A DNA stretch of 64,000 bases from an uncultured Spirochaetota bacterium (GCA_963835575.1 CAWIGG010000002.1:1216001-1280000); one strand, 5' to 3'. Shown: positions 30,729-39,608, counted from the first letter of the stretch. Translations and numbers: made by a program. The notes: generated by a model from the letters alone, not told the origin.

Positions 30729-32063
30729 GGTCCGACTTCAAGACATAGGTTACACTTTAGCTTCAGGACATCGGTAACCCTTTTTGAGTACAAAATGCCC
30801 TTGAATTACTATTTCAGTATAGACCTAAATATAAAAGTATTCAAGTCCATACTACCTATCAGATTATTTTCAAACCACACATCCATAAAAGCTTTGCTTT
30901 TACTTTTTAAACCAATATGATAACCATCCAACGCATTTGTAATAAATACACGCCGACCTTTATAATAAATGTAACCTCTGTTATTAACCTTTCTGCTGAT
31001 GTATCCCTTGGGATATACAACCCAATCGGCTATCCCATCATAACTCCTAACCGATTTTATATAGACCATTGCTGGTGTTTTCATTCCAAGGCTTTCATGC
31101 GGTCTTTCCTCGTTGAACTCTTTTCTCCATTCGTTGAATACTGCCTGGTGCAGCTTCAGGCTACCGCTGATTTTGTTTTCCAGTTCCTTTTTCATATCCA
31201 GGTGCATCCTTTCATGTGCTCCGTTCTGATAGGGAGAGCCGGGATCAATTCTGTCCAGCTTTATGCCCAGAGACAACCACCATGCTGATAGTCTGGTTAA
31301 ACCAAGTAAACCCTGTGTACTGGCAAACGGCGGCCCATTATCGGATTTTATCATACTCGGTAATCCATATTGCTTGAAGAGTCTGTCAAATTCAAATTTG
31401 ACGGAACTAATATCACCTTTTTGCAGTATGGCTATGGATAAAATATATTTGGAATAATCATCACGTACTGTAAGTGGTTCGCATCTTTCCTGCTCGGAGG
31501 TATACCACCAGCCTTTGAAATCCACTGTCCAGATATCATTTGGTTTTTTCGGTGCTACCCTGTTCTGTATTCTTTCCGGATGTATGTGTCGTCTTCTTTT
31601 CCTTAATTCTACAAATCCGGCCTTTTTCAATATCCTTTCGACAGTGCTTAATGAAGGAATTTTATTATCCGGGTGGTTCCTGACATAAACCGACCTGATT
31701 TTCTTAGGTCCCCAATTCTGCTTCGTTTGCTTGATACGGATGATCTCGCAGATTATTTCTTCAGAAAGTTGATTAGGGCTTGAAAGCGGTTTCCTAGATT
31801 TTTCTTGAAGACCGGACAACCCTTCTTCATAAAACCTTTCTTTCCACTTATAACCGGTTTTTGTGCTGATCCCATATTCAGTACAAAGCTCGGTAAAGTT
31901 CACACCTTTTTGGAATGACTTTTCAATAAAAGCTAATTTCAGCTTCATGATATTAACCTCCTTCCAGGGCATTGTCAGCCTCCTTAATGAGATCTGACCT
32001 AATTATACCTGGAAAGTGTTACCTATGTCCTGAAGCTTTTCCGTTACCTATGTCCTGATTTCA
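30729..32063 (-). mobile_element. IS481-family insertion sequence (ends approximate)
   Basis: Two GACATAGGT(A/T)AC-like boxes at each end in inverted orientation; probable CCGGC duplication at 30724-30728 and 32064-32068. Confidence 0.85.
30809..31972 (-). CDS. IS481-family transposase
   Basis: MPWKE start, GISTKTGYKW HTH, WTVDFKG, SDNGPPF, QNGAHERMH, ERPHESL. Confidence 0.95.
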   Translation of the reverse strand: MPWKEVNIMKLKLAFIEKSFQKGVNFTELCTEYGISTKTGYKWKERFYEEGLSGLQEKSRKPLSSPNQLSEEIICEIIRIKQTKQNWGPKKIRSVYVRNHPDNKIPSLSTVERILKKAGFVELRKRRRHIHPERIQNRVAPKKPNDIWTVDFKGWWYTSEQERCEPLTVRDDYSKYILSIAILQKGDISSVKFEFDRLFKQYGLPSMIKSDNGPPFASTQGLLGLTRLSAWWLSLGIKLDRIDPGSPYQNGAHERMHLDMKKELENKISGSLKLHQAVFNEWRKEFNEERPHESLGMKTPAMVYIKSVRSYDGIADWVVYPKGYISRKVNNRGYIYYKGRRVFITNALDGYHIGLKSKSKAFMDVWFENNLIGSMDLNTFIFRSILK

Positions 32064-32077
32064 CCGGCAAGCCTTTC

Positions 32078-32255
32078 GCACAACGGTTAGCGTTTGCGAA
32101 GCCGCTGAGCCATACAGCTATGCTGTAGGCGAAGCGGTTTGGTGAGTCCTGCGTTTTTCTTCTTCGGCCTACCCGACGCAGGGCGAGTGCTGAGCACCGC
32201 AGGCCGTAGCGGCTGAGCGGAGGCCGAGGAGCGGAACGCCTACGCCGGGTTGTAC
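32078..32255 (-). other. attC-like recombination site (178 bp)
   Basis: On the minus strand it starts GTACAAC just after the upstream ORF stop and ends GTTGTGC. The interior is GC-rich with several short palindromes, set between two very AT-rich ORFs. Confidence 0.7.
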
Positions 32256-32546
32256 GAAGGGCACGGCCATTGTTATTTTATATTCAATAGATAATTATGT
32301 ATCATCTCTCTGGCAATTTCAATTACTTCTTTTCTTTCTTCACTTTTAGTTTCTCTTAAATCTTTTAACTTAAATTTAAAATGCCTACTTTTTTCTGTTG
32401 GTAAATTATTTGTATATTGTCCAAAAATACTCCTTTTTTGTTTTGAAATAAAATCTTTCCCAATATTTTTTTCTAAAAGATCTCTAATTTTATATAAAAT
32501 TGAAAACTCTGTATAGGAATATTTGACTGATTTAATGAATAAATCA

Positions 32547-33942
32547 GAGTTATAATAGAAAGTTGTGTATAGGAATAAATATTATAAAAAAGATGGCGTA
32601 CCCTCTATAATTTATTTACGACAATAAACAAAAGGAGGAATACGCCATATGCCGAAGCACAACGAAGATTTTAAGCTCTTAGAGGCTTTTAATCAAGATG
32701 AAACAGTAGAATTTTTATGTCTTGAAGAATTGGCAAGGATCGGGGCCAGGGAAATAATCAAGAAGGCTCTGGAAGATGAAATTAATGGGTTTCTTCAGGA
32801 GAGAGAGCATTTAACTATCGAAGACGGGAGAAAGGCAATAGTAAGAAATGGGTATCATAAAGCCCGTCAGATTCTCATTGGTGGAGGGGCTATTGATGTA
32901 TGTATTCCGAGAACAAGGAACCGACTCGGAGGCGACAATTTTCAAAGCCTAATAGTACCGCCGTATATGAGAAAAAGCCTGAGAATTGAGGAAGCCATTC
33001 CATTGTTGTATCTCTATGGAGTCTCAGAGATGGATATGGAGAATGCCTTGAGAGGATTGCTTGGTGAAGAAGCGAAAGGATTATCAGCCTCAAGTATAAG
33101 CAGAATGAAACAAGGATGGGGTAAAGAATATGATGAGTGGCGGACATCCGATTTAAGCGATAAAAAGTATTGCTATATATGGGTTGACGGCATTTACTTC
33201 AATGTACAGGGCAGCGAAGACCGTTTATGCACTCTTGTAATGATCGGAGCCAATGAGAATGGTGAAAAGGAGATTATTCTTGTTGAAGAAGGTTACAGAG
33301 AGAATTCCGAGACTTGGTTAGGGATATTAAGAAACCTAAAAGAAAAAGGTTTGAAAGGTCCTATTCTTTTTATCGGAGACGGAAGCCTTGGATTCTGGAA
33401 AGCAGCCAAAGAAGTATATCCTGAATCCAGATGGCAGAGATGCTGGGTTCATAAGATAAAGAACATTCTAAACAAGCTGCCCAAAGTATTACAGTCAAAG
33501 GCAAAAGAGATGCTTCATGAGATATGCAATGCTCCTGATAAGGATAATGCTATCAAAGCTTTTGAATTATTCCAGGCGGTTTTTAATCCTAAATATCCAG
33601 CAGCTGTCGAATGTTTAGAAAAAGATTGGGAGCTTATGATCGAATTTTATAACTGTCCGGCGGAACATTGGGTACATATCCGTACGACAAACGTAATAGA
33701 ATCTACCTTCTCTACAGTTCGATTAAGAACTAAAAAGATGAGAGGCTGCGGAACCAGGGAAACGATTCTAATAATGGTCTATAAATTACTGGATAAGGCA
33801 TCCAGGCGATGGAGAAAATTAAGAGGTTATGAAAAGATTTGCCTTGTATTGGAAGGCGCTGTTTTTGAGAACGGAGAGCTTGTAAAAAAGGCAGCATAAA
33901 AAAATGAGAGGGTATGTCATACACAACATTTGACAAAAACTC
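32547..33942 (+). mobile_element. IS256-family insertion sequence, copy 2 (1396 bp)
   Basis: Near-identical to 1626-3021; 9-bp duplication AATAAATCA at 32538-32546 and 33943-33951. Confidence 0.96.
32649..33899 (+). CDS. IS256-family transposase
   Basis: Identical to the 1728-2978 protein except EKISL becomes EKICL. Confidence 0.96.
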   Translation: MPKHNEDFKLLEAFNQDETVEFLCLEELARIGAREIIKKALEDEINGFLQEREHLTIEDGRKAIVRNGYHKARQILIGGGAIDVCIPRTRNRLGGDNFQSLIVPPYMRKSLRIEEAIPLLYLYGVSEMDMENALRGLLGEEAKGLSASSISRMKQGWGKEYDEWRTSDLSDKKYCYIWVDGIYFNVQGSEDRLCTLVMIGANENGEKEIILVEEGYRENSETWLGILRNLKEKGLKGPILFIGDGSLGFWKAAKEVYPESRWQRCWVHKIKNILNKLPKVLQSKAKEMLHEICNAPDKDNAIKAFELFQAVFNPKYPAAVECLEKDWELMIEFYNCPAEHWVHIRTTNVIESTFSTVRLRTKKMRGCGTRETILIMVYKLLDKASRRWRKLRGYEKICLVLEGAVFENGELVKKAA

Positions 33943-34420
33943 AATAAATCAATAATTTCTTTTAAAATAGAATTACTTTTATTTCTTACAATTAATTCAA
34001 TAAAATCATTAAACTTATATTTTGATGGAAGTATTTCTGTATTAATAATTTGATCATATGGTAATATTTCAGTATGTAGATTCTGATATTTTTCTATAAA
34101 ACTAAGTTTTTGTCTAAAAAAATCATTTTTTTCTCCAAAAGTTGCTGATTCAAAAGAAATTAAATATGGTCTATATGAAATTATCAACTGTGTTATAAAA
34201 TAACAATTTATTATATCATAAATACTATTTACTATTTCAGAATCCTTTTTTAACTCAACTGAATTTACTTCTAATGAAATAGAGCCATTTTCGATTAGAA
34301 AATTATAATTTTGATTTTTATAATTAATAATCTGCTCAAAATAATTATTTGGATAATATTTCCAATAGAATTCATAAAGCCCTTCATTATTCATGATAAA
34401 ACTCTTTCATATAATAAATT

Positions 34421-34440
34421 GGCCGTGCCTTTCGTACAAC
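34421..34440 (-). other. Array-head (attI-like) junction
   Basis: Minus-strand GTTGTACGAAAGGCACGGCC just before the first cassette ORF; 19/20 inverted match to 32249-32268; no attC body upstream. Confidence 0.55.
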
Positions 34441-34475
34441 TCGTAATAAATGAAATTACTACTCTATGCCATTAA

Positions 34476-34505
34476 ATTATACCCTGCTATATATTTCTTT
34501 AGCAA
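34476..34505 (-). promoter_or_regulatory. Candidate sigma70 promoter reading into the cassette array (Pc-like)
   Basis: Minus-strand TTGCTA-N18-TATAAT ending 35 bp upstream of the GTT junction. Confidence 0.45.
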
Positions 34506-34519
34506 TATTAAAATTGGTT

Positions 34520-34566
34520 ATCCTGTCAATCCTGCACCATCCTGCCGATCCTGCTCTATTGGGGTC
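34520..34566 (-). repeat. Inner inverted repeat IR-B, right arm
   Basis: Reverse complement is GACCCCAATagaGCAGGATcggCAGGATggtgCAGGATtgaCAGGAT. Confidence 0.85.
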
Positions 34567-34813
34567 CACACATTCGCTTTAATGCCATCGAGCAAGGATT
34601 TTTTACATAAGAGCTTTTATGAATCAGGGTGTAGCCATCCATCTTTTCAGTCTGCATCGCCGGACAAAACCATAAAACGGCTCAAATAAAACTAAATCTT
34701 ATAAAATCCGCCAAATCCGCGTTGATCCGCGTGAACAATCGGATATTATAATATAGAATCGTTAATTAAAGATTTTTTTTATCTTGAGAGTTTAGTTTTA
34801 ATAAATTATTATT

Positions 34814-34842
34814 ATTAGCGTCCATTCGCGTGGCTTAGCGGA
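34814..34842 (-). repeat. Outer inverted repeat IR-A, right arm
   Basis: Reverse complement is TCCGCTAAGCCACGCGAATGGACGCTAAT; ends 5 nt from the stop codon at 34848. Confidence 0.8.
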
Positions 34843-34847
34843 AGACC

Positions 34848-35507
34848 TTAATCCTCTTTTTCCTGAAGCCTTCTTTTGTTTTTAATAAGACGGTAAATAT
34901 CCGCCAAGTTCTTGATGGTTATTTTATTGACGCTCCGCTCAATCCTGCCCATATTCGAATAACGGACAAGGTATTTTTCGCATTCCTGCGCGTCCAGGCC
35001 GCACCAGTGAGCGATATCTTCCGCGCGGACATTCTCCAGCTCGATCGGCTTATTTTCCTGATAGGTGGATGGAATGATCCCTTTTAACTCAACAAGCATC
35101 AGAAGCGTGTCCAGCACTTTGGACTCATTTTCCTGAAGCGAGAGTATTTCAAGCCTCCGCTGGCTGTCAAATATACGCTTCGAAATGATCTTTATCAGTG
35201 AAAGCGCCCATATGGGGTTGGTAATAAGAAGCTCATTAAAATTCTGCTTTTTCAGCACGACAAGCTTGACCGGCGTTTCCGCTATGGCCGTAGCGCTCCG
35301 GGGAGCGTCCTCTATTATGGCCATTTCGCCGAATATAGCCGGAGGATCCATGACATCAAGGGTTTTTTCTTTGTTATCCTGAATTTTTGTCAATCGGATC
35401 TTGCCTTCTTTAATAATATAAAACTCATCGCCCTTTTCATATTCGCAAAATATGATATCCCCTGGATTATAGGATTTCTCATATTTATCCAGGACTTCTT
35501 CACCCAT
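34848..35507 (-). CDS. Crp/Fnr-like cyclic-nucleotide-binding protein
   Basis: GDIIFCEYEKGDEFYIIKEG; FGEMAIIEDAPRSATA phosphate-binding cassette. Confidence 0.9.
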   Translation of the reverse strand: MGEEVLDKYEKSYNPGDIIFCEYEKGDEFYIIKEGKIRLTKIQDNKEKTLDVMDPPAIFGEMAIIEDAPRSATAIAETPVKLVVLKKQNFNELLITNPIWALSLIKIISKRIFDSQRRLEILSLQENESKVLDTLLMLVELKGIIPSTYQENKPIELENVRAEDIAHWCGLDAQECEKYLVRYSNMGRIERSVNKITIKNLADIYRLIKNKRRLQEKED

Positions 35508-35521
35508 AACTTCCGCCTTTA

Positions 35522-36556
35522 TTAAGCGCCCATTCTTTCTTTGGCTTTTTTGGAAAATTCATCAACAGGATGCATCATCACTATTTTTTGAAGAATGGAC
35601 CTTTCGCCTTCTTTATTATTCAACTGTTTATAAATATCCGCTAAAATAAACAAAGTTTTTTTGATCATTATGACATCTTTGACTTCTTTCAGATATTCAG
35701 TGATCTCCTGACTGCATTCATTGAATTTATTCAATTTAAAAAGGGTCGTGAAATACATCATCTTGGCATTATTGATCATTTCAGGATTGATCATTGTATT
35801 TTCAAGGGCAAAAAGGTCTTTGAATATTTTTTCAGCGCTATTATAATCTTCTCCGTTAAAGAACGACTGCGCCCTGTAAAACTTATCCATCACTTCCCGG
35901 ATGCCTAATTTAGAATGCGCGTTTTCCATGCTGATCTTTGTATCGCCGACTGCCGTGATATTACCCGCAATTTCACCATCTATAATCTGATCAATCGGCT
36001 TAAACTCCTTCATAAAACCGGTTTTAACGGCTTCTTCGCAGAGTTCTATCCTGTATTTCGCCTCAGTGACAATATTTGTCTGGGGATACTGCTCAATATA
36101 GTGCTGATAAACCTGAACAGCCTGTTTATACTGCTTTGTGTTGATATAATATTCGCCGATTTTAAAAAGTCCTATATTCGGCGGATAGAGGACATTATTG
36201 CCGAGATAATTATTGACTTTGATCCCCAGATTGCGGAGCTGATTTGACAGGACCCGGAGGAGCCTTTTCATTAATTCGACATTTTTGGATACATAAGCCT
36301 CAAAATCCGGAATCTTGAACTCGATCGTGAGAGAATCCGTTACCGATTCGGCGATCTCATCGCGGGTATGATTTATAATAGCCGATTTCAGCCCGAAGAA
36401 TTCGCCCTGACTCAAAGTCTTGACTATTTTCTCGCCGCTTTCAGGCTGAATAAAACTGAGGTCCACTCTTCCGCTCTTTAAAATAAAAATACTGTCGCCC
36501 CTTTCATGGTCGAAATAAATGATTGATCCCTCTGTAAATTTTCTCTCAGTCGGCAT
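35522..36556 (-). CDS. Cyclic-nucleotide-binding domain plus TPR protein
   Basis: IFILKSGRV, GEFFG; TPR-like LFKIGEYY...YKQAVQVYQHYIEQYP. Confidence 0.85.
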   Translation of the reverse strand: MPTERKFTEGSIIYFDHERGDSIFILKSGRVDLSFIQPESGEKIVKTLSQGEFFGLKSAIINHTRDEIAESVTDSLTIEFKIPDFEAYVSKNVELMKRLLRVLSNQLRNLGIKVNNYLGNNVLYPPNIGLFKIGEYYINTKQYKQAVQVYQHYIEQYPQTNIVTEAKYRIELCEEAVKTGFMKEFKPIDQIIDGEIAGNITAVGDTKISMENAHSKLGIREVMDKFYRAQSFFNGEDYNSAEKIFKDLFALENTMINPEMINNAKMMYFTTLFKLNKFNECSQEITEYLKEVKDVIMIKKTLFILADIYKQLNNKEGERSILQKIVMMHPVDEFSKKAKERMGA

Positions 36557-36608
36557 TTTTTCACCTTCTTAACTCGCTAAAAAGACCATCAGCAGGATAA
36601 TTAAAAAT

Positions 36609-37832
36609 TCAATTTATTGGTAAGAACGGTAGAATTTTCTTGAACTTTAAATTATCCCATATTCTTTTATAAAGGTCAATAGGCCTGCCTATTATAATTT
36701 TATCTTTTCCATTTATCTTCAAAGACTGGTAATTATTTTTAAATTTTTTGAAATTATTTCCGTATTTTTTGTATCCATATAAAGGAATACCTTCTTTTAT
36801 GACCAATTCCACATTATCGAACCAGCTGTTTAATAAAGAGCGGTAAGGGTCCTGCGGGTTCCCTCCATTGATTATCATAAAATCGGCGATATAACCGATC
36901 TCAATTTTCCCCAGGCTTTTTAAGCGGAGCGCTTTAGCCGGATACAGTGTTACCATAAAAGTGAGGATTTTAGGATCAATTTCCTCATGATAGAGATCTT
37001 TATAGAGTGATGAAGCGAACCTCATTTCATCCAGGATATTGAGTCCGCCGGACATCGGTGAATCCGTCCCCAGCGACACATTGACATTTCTTTTCAGAAG
37101 CTCTTTTATATCGGCTGTTTCCTTGAACATATAATAATTTGACGACGGGCACCAGACAACATTCACTTTTTTCCTGGCGAGTTCTTCAATATCACTTTTG
37201 CTGAAAGAAATTCCATGGATAAGGACCGTATGATCGTCCAGCGCGTTCATTTCCCGTAAAATATCAACACCGAGGGTTGATTCCTCATCAAACCCTTCTT
37301 CGATATGCGTAATAAAAGGAACATCATACTCTCTGGCTTCTTTAAATTCCTCAGATATGCCTTTTCCCCATCTCAGGTCAAAGCTGGAACATTCATGCTC
37401 CAGCGCATAATCCTTTAAAACACGGACAGGCATTTTATCTATTATTTCATCATTTACAAGATGCGGCATATGGTCCGAGACCGTCGTAACGCCTGAAATA
37501 AGGTTTTTATAGGCGCCGAGAAGATAAAGGTCATCATTTGATATTTTGTTTCTTTCCAGATAAACATCATGGCTTTTCAGGTCATTATCCCATGGCAGCC
37601 AGTTCAGATAGGGACCTGTACCGATCTTCGGAAAATAAGTCCCGAGAAGATGATCATGCGGATTAATAAGCCCCGGAAAGATCAGCATGCCTGGTTCAAG
37701 TTTTATTTGAAAGTCCGCTTTTTTATCCGGGTCCCCTATTTTTATGATTTTATTCCCCTCAACCGTGATTGAGGCATCTTTTATGACATATTCCGGAGAA
37801 ACAATCGTACCGCCGGTAATGGTGTATTTCAT
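36609..37832 (-). CDS. Amidohydrolase-superfamily metal-dependent hydrolase (deaminase-like)
   Basis: PGLINPHDH, GVTTV, THIEEG, LIHG, VWCPSSN, LGTDS. Confidence 0.9.
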   Translation of the reverse strand: MKYTITGGTIVSPEYVIKDASITVEGNKIIKIGDPDKKADFQIKLEPGMLIFPGLINPHDHLLGTYFPKIGTGPYLNWLPWDNDLKSHDVYLERNKISNDDLYLLGAYKNLISGVTTVSDHMPHLVNDEIIDKMPVRVLKDYALEHECSSFDLRWGKGISEEFKEAREYDVPFITHIEEGFDEESTLGVDILREMNALDDHTVLIHGISFSKSDIEELARKKVNVVWCPSSNYYMFKETADIKELLKRNVNVSLGTDSPMSGGLNILDEMRFASSLYKDLYHEEIDPKILTFMVTLYPAKALRLKSLGKIEIGYIADFMIINGGNPQDPYRSLLNSWFDNVELVIKEGIPLYGYKKYGNNFKKFKNNYQSLKINGKDKIIIGRPIDLYKRIWDNLKFKKILPFLPIN

Positions 37833-37925
37833 ACCACCCCCTCTTGAAGAGGCTGCGCTATAAGTTTTTTCGGAATATCAAAATAAGAACTGAAATAAGA
37901 GCTGATTGACAGGCTTTTTTTGAGT

Positions 37926-38954
37926 TTATTTATGCTTAATCCCGGCTGATTCTATTATTCTTTCTATTATTTTTAACGCTTCTATTCCGTCTTTAAGCGC
38001 AGAAGCAATCGGCAGCTTTCCATCCAGAAAATCAACGCAATTCTGCACCATGCCTGAAAAATAATGCGTTTTGCGGAAAACCTTTATATGCCTTTCTCTT
38101 TTCAGAGAATAAAAACCTTCATAATAAGGACTTTCTTCAGCTTCCCAGAGTTCAAAAAGCCCATTGCCGATCCTTGCCCTGCTTTTCTGAAACGTGATAT
38201 CGATCTCAAACTCAAACTGCTTTGTCTGAAAGCCTAAACTGATAAAAAGAGGGGCTTCCCCAATTCTTCCCATGCATGAAATACCGGAAACAGAGCCTTT
38301 TTTGTCCTTTTTTGAGGACAGCGCTGATTCAATCTTCAAGTCACTCCCGGTCAAAAATCTCAAAATATCAATAATATGAGTTCCGTCCCTCAATAATGCC
38401 CCTCTGCCGTAATTTTCATCTTTGCGCATCCAGGCCGGCGACGGGGTAAAAAGCCTGCCGTATAAAGATTTAACTTCACCGTAGAGTTTTGATTTAATGA
38501 GATTCTGAAGGAGAATATAATCCCTGGAATAACGCCTTTCATGATTGATCAGGACAGGTACTTTTAACCGGCCGGATAATCTCTCAATTTGAACGGCTTC
38601 TCTAAGATTGGCCGCCGCAGGCTTTTCCAGAACAACCAGCCGGGGATGAAACGGAAGAATTTCATTCATTACTTTCAGATGGCTTTCCTCAGGCACAGCC
38701 GCGATCAGTATATCCCAACTGCCGTCATTGAGCATTTCTGAAAGTGTTTTATAAATCCGGGCTTTTTTATAGACCTTATGCCATTCATCCCGCTTAACGG
38801 GATCGGTATCAAATCCTCCCGCAAGAAAGGTCCTGCTGTTTCCCGCAAAAGCGCTTGAATGAGAAGCCGGCTGTTCCCTCTTCCGGTCAAAACCTAGAAA
38901 GAACCCTATTCTACCGAGGCCGATTATACCGGTCCTGTATTTTCCGGAAGGCAT
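37926..38954 (-). CDS. Gfo/Idh/MocA-family oxidoreductase
   Basis: GIIGLGRIG, LEKP, NHERRY, DGTHIID. Confidence 0.9.
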   Translation of the reverse strand: MPSGKYRTGIIGLGRIGFFLGFDRKREQPASHSSAFAGNSRTFLAGGFDTDPVKRDEWHKVYKKARIYKTLSEMLNDGSWDILIAAVPEESHLKVMNEILPFHPRLVVLEKPAAANLREAVQIERLSGRLKVPVLINHERRYSRDYILLQNLIKSKLYGEVKSLYGRLFTPSPAWMRKDENYGRGALLRDGTHIIDILRFLTGSDLKIESALSSKKDKKGSVSGISCMGRIGEAPLFISLGFQTKQFEFEIDITFQKSRARIGNGLFELWEAEESPYYEGFYSLKRERHIKVFRKTHYFSGMVQNCVDFLDGKLPIASALKDGIEALKIIERIIESAGIKHK

Positions 38955-38956
38955 GC

Positions 38957-39598
38957 CTATAATTTAAAACCGACGCCGCAGAGAATTGAAAATCCACCGG
39001 CATCAATCTTTTCACCGACGATCAAAGTCTCATTATCAGTTTTAGATTTCGCGACATTTGAAAAATTATATCCGGTCAGTAAGTAAAGATAGGTTTTTTC
39101 TCCAAGAGAAATCTGAGCGCCGATCTCAATCTGAAATGCCAGAAAGTCGCCCGCGAAGAGGTAGCTCTGCTCTCCTGATGTTTTTTTATAAGTGTTATAC
39201 ATCAGGTCATAACCGACGCCGATCTGGGCGTAAGGCTGGATGATATCGGCGATAACATAGGGAATATCTACCCTGACATTAAGAAATAAGAGAAAGAGGT
39301 TGGCCGTCGTTTCACTGTTTAACTTCGTGGTCGTAAAAGGACCGGATGTGTTGGTACTTTCCTGCGCTTCTGTCGTATAATTAGCCCTGTAATAATCGAC
39401 ATTAAAATTAAGGGAAACCATCTGGTCGAAACGGAATCCTGCCAGCACCCCGCCTTTAAAGCCGACCCCTGTGCCCCAGGGCGCCATCATGCCAATCCTG
39501 GCTTCCAGGTATTTCTGCTGGCCGAATGCGCTTTCCTCACCGTAAACAGCCATTGAACATAATACTAAAAATAATATGGACACTGATAACTTTTTCAT
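38957..39598 (-). CDS. Outer-membrane beta-barrel protein (8-stranded OmpA/OmpW-like)
   Basis: Signal peptide, amphipathic strands, PYAQIGVGY, C-terminal GVGFKL. Confidence 0.75.
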   Translation of the reverse strand: MKKLSVSILFLVLCSMAVYGEESAFGQQKYLEARIGMMAPWGTGVGFKGGVLAGFRFDQMVSLNFNVDYYRANYTTEAQESTNTSGPFTTTKLNSETTANLFLLFLNVRVDIPYVIADIIQPYAQIGVGYDLMYNTYKKTSGEQSYLFAGDFLAFQIEIGAQISLGEKTYLYLLTGYNFSNVAKSKTDNETLIVGEKIDAGGFSILCGVGFKL

Positions 39599-39608
39599 TA
39601 TTCCCCTC

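Larger units (their letters stand above)
32273..34394 (-). pseudogene. AT-rich cassette gene (238 aa when rebuilt), interrupted by IS256
   Basis: Removing the IS and one TSD gives an open 717-nt frame: ...KEIIDL|FIKSVKYSYTEFSILYKIRDLLEK...SRHFK...AREMIHNYLLNIK*. Confidence 0.9.

Noticed and set aside
1626..33942. Composite transposon bounded by the two IS256 copies
   Set aside because: Each copy has its own intact, different target duplication, so they are independent insertions; the interval includes core genes.
33819..33942. C-terminus of ORF 33819-34394, and likewise the tails or heads of ORFs 46368-47084, 25031-25522 and 23126-23368
   Set aside because: These parts are read-through into or out of IS ends; the real frames continue on the far side of the elements.
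34450..34689. 79-aa plus-strand ORF as an intI remnant
   Set aside because: It has no tyrosine-recombinase motifs and runs across the IR-B arm, so it is probably spurious.
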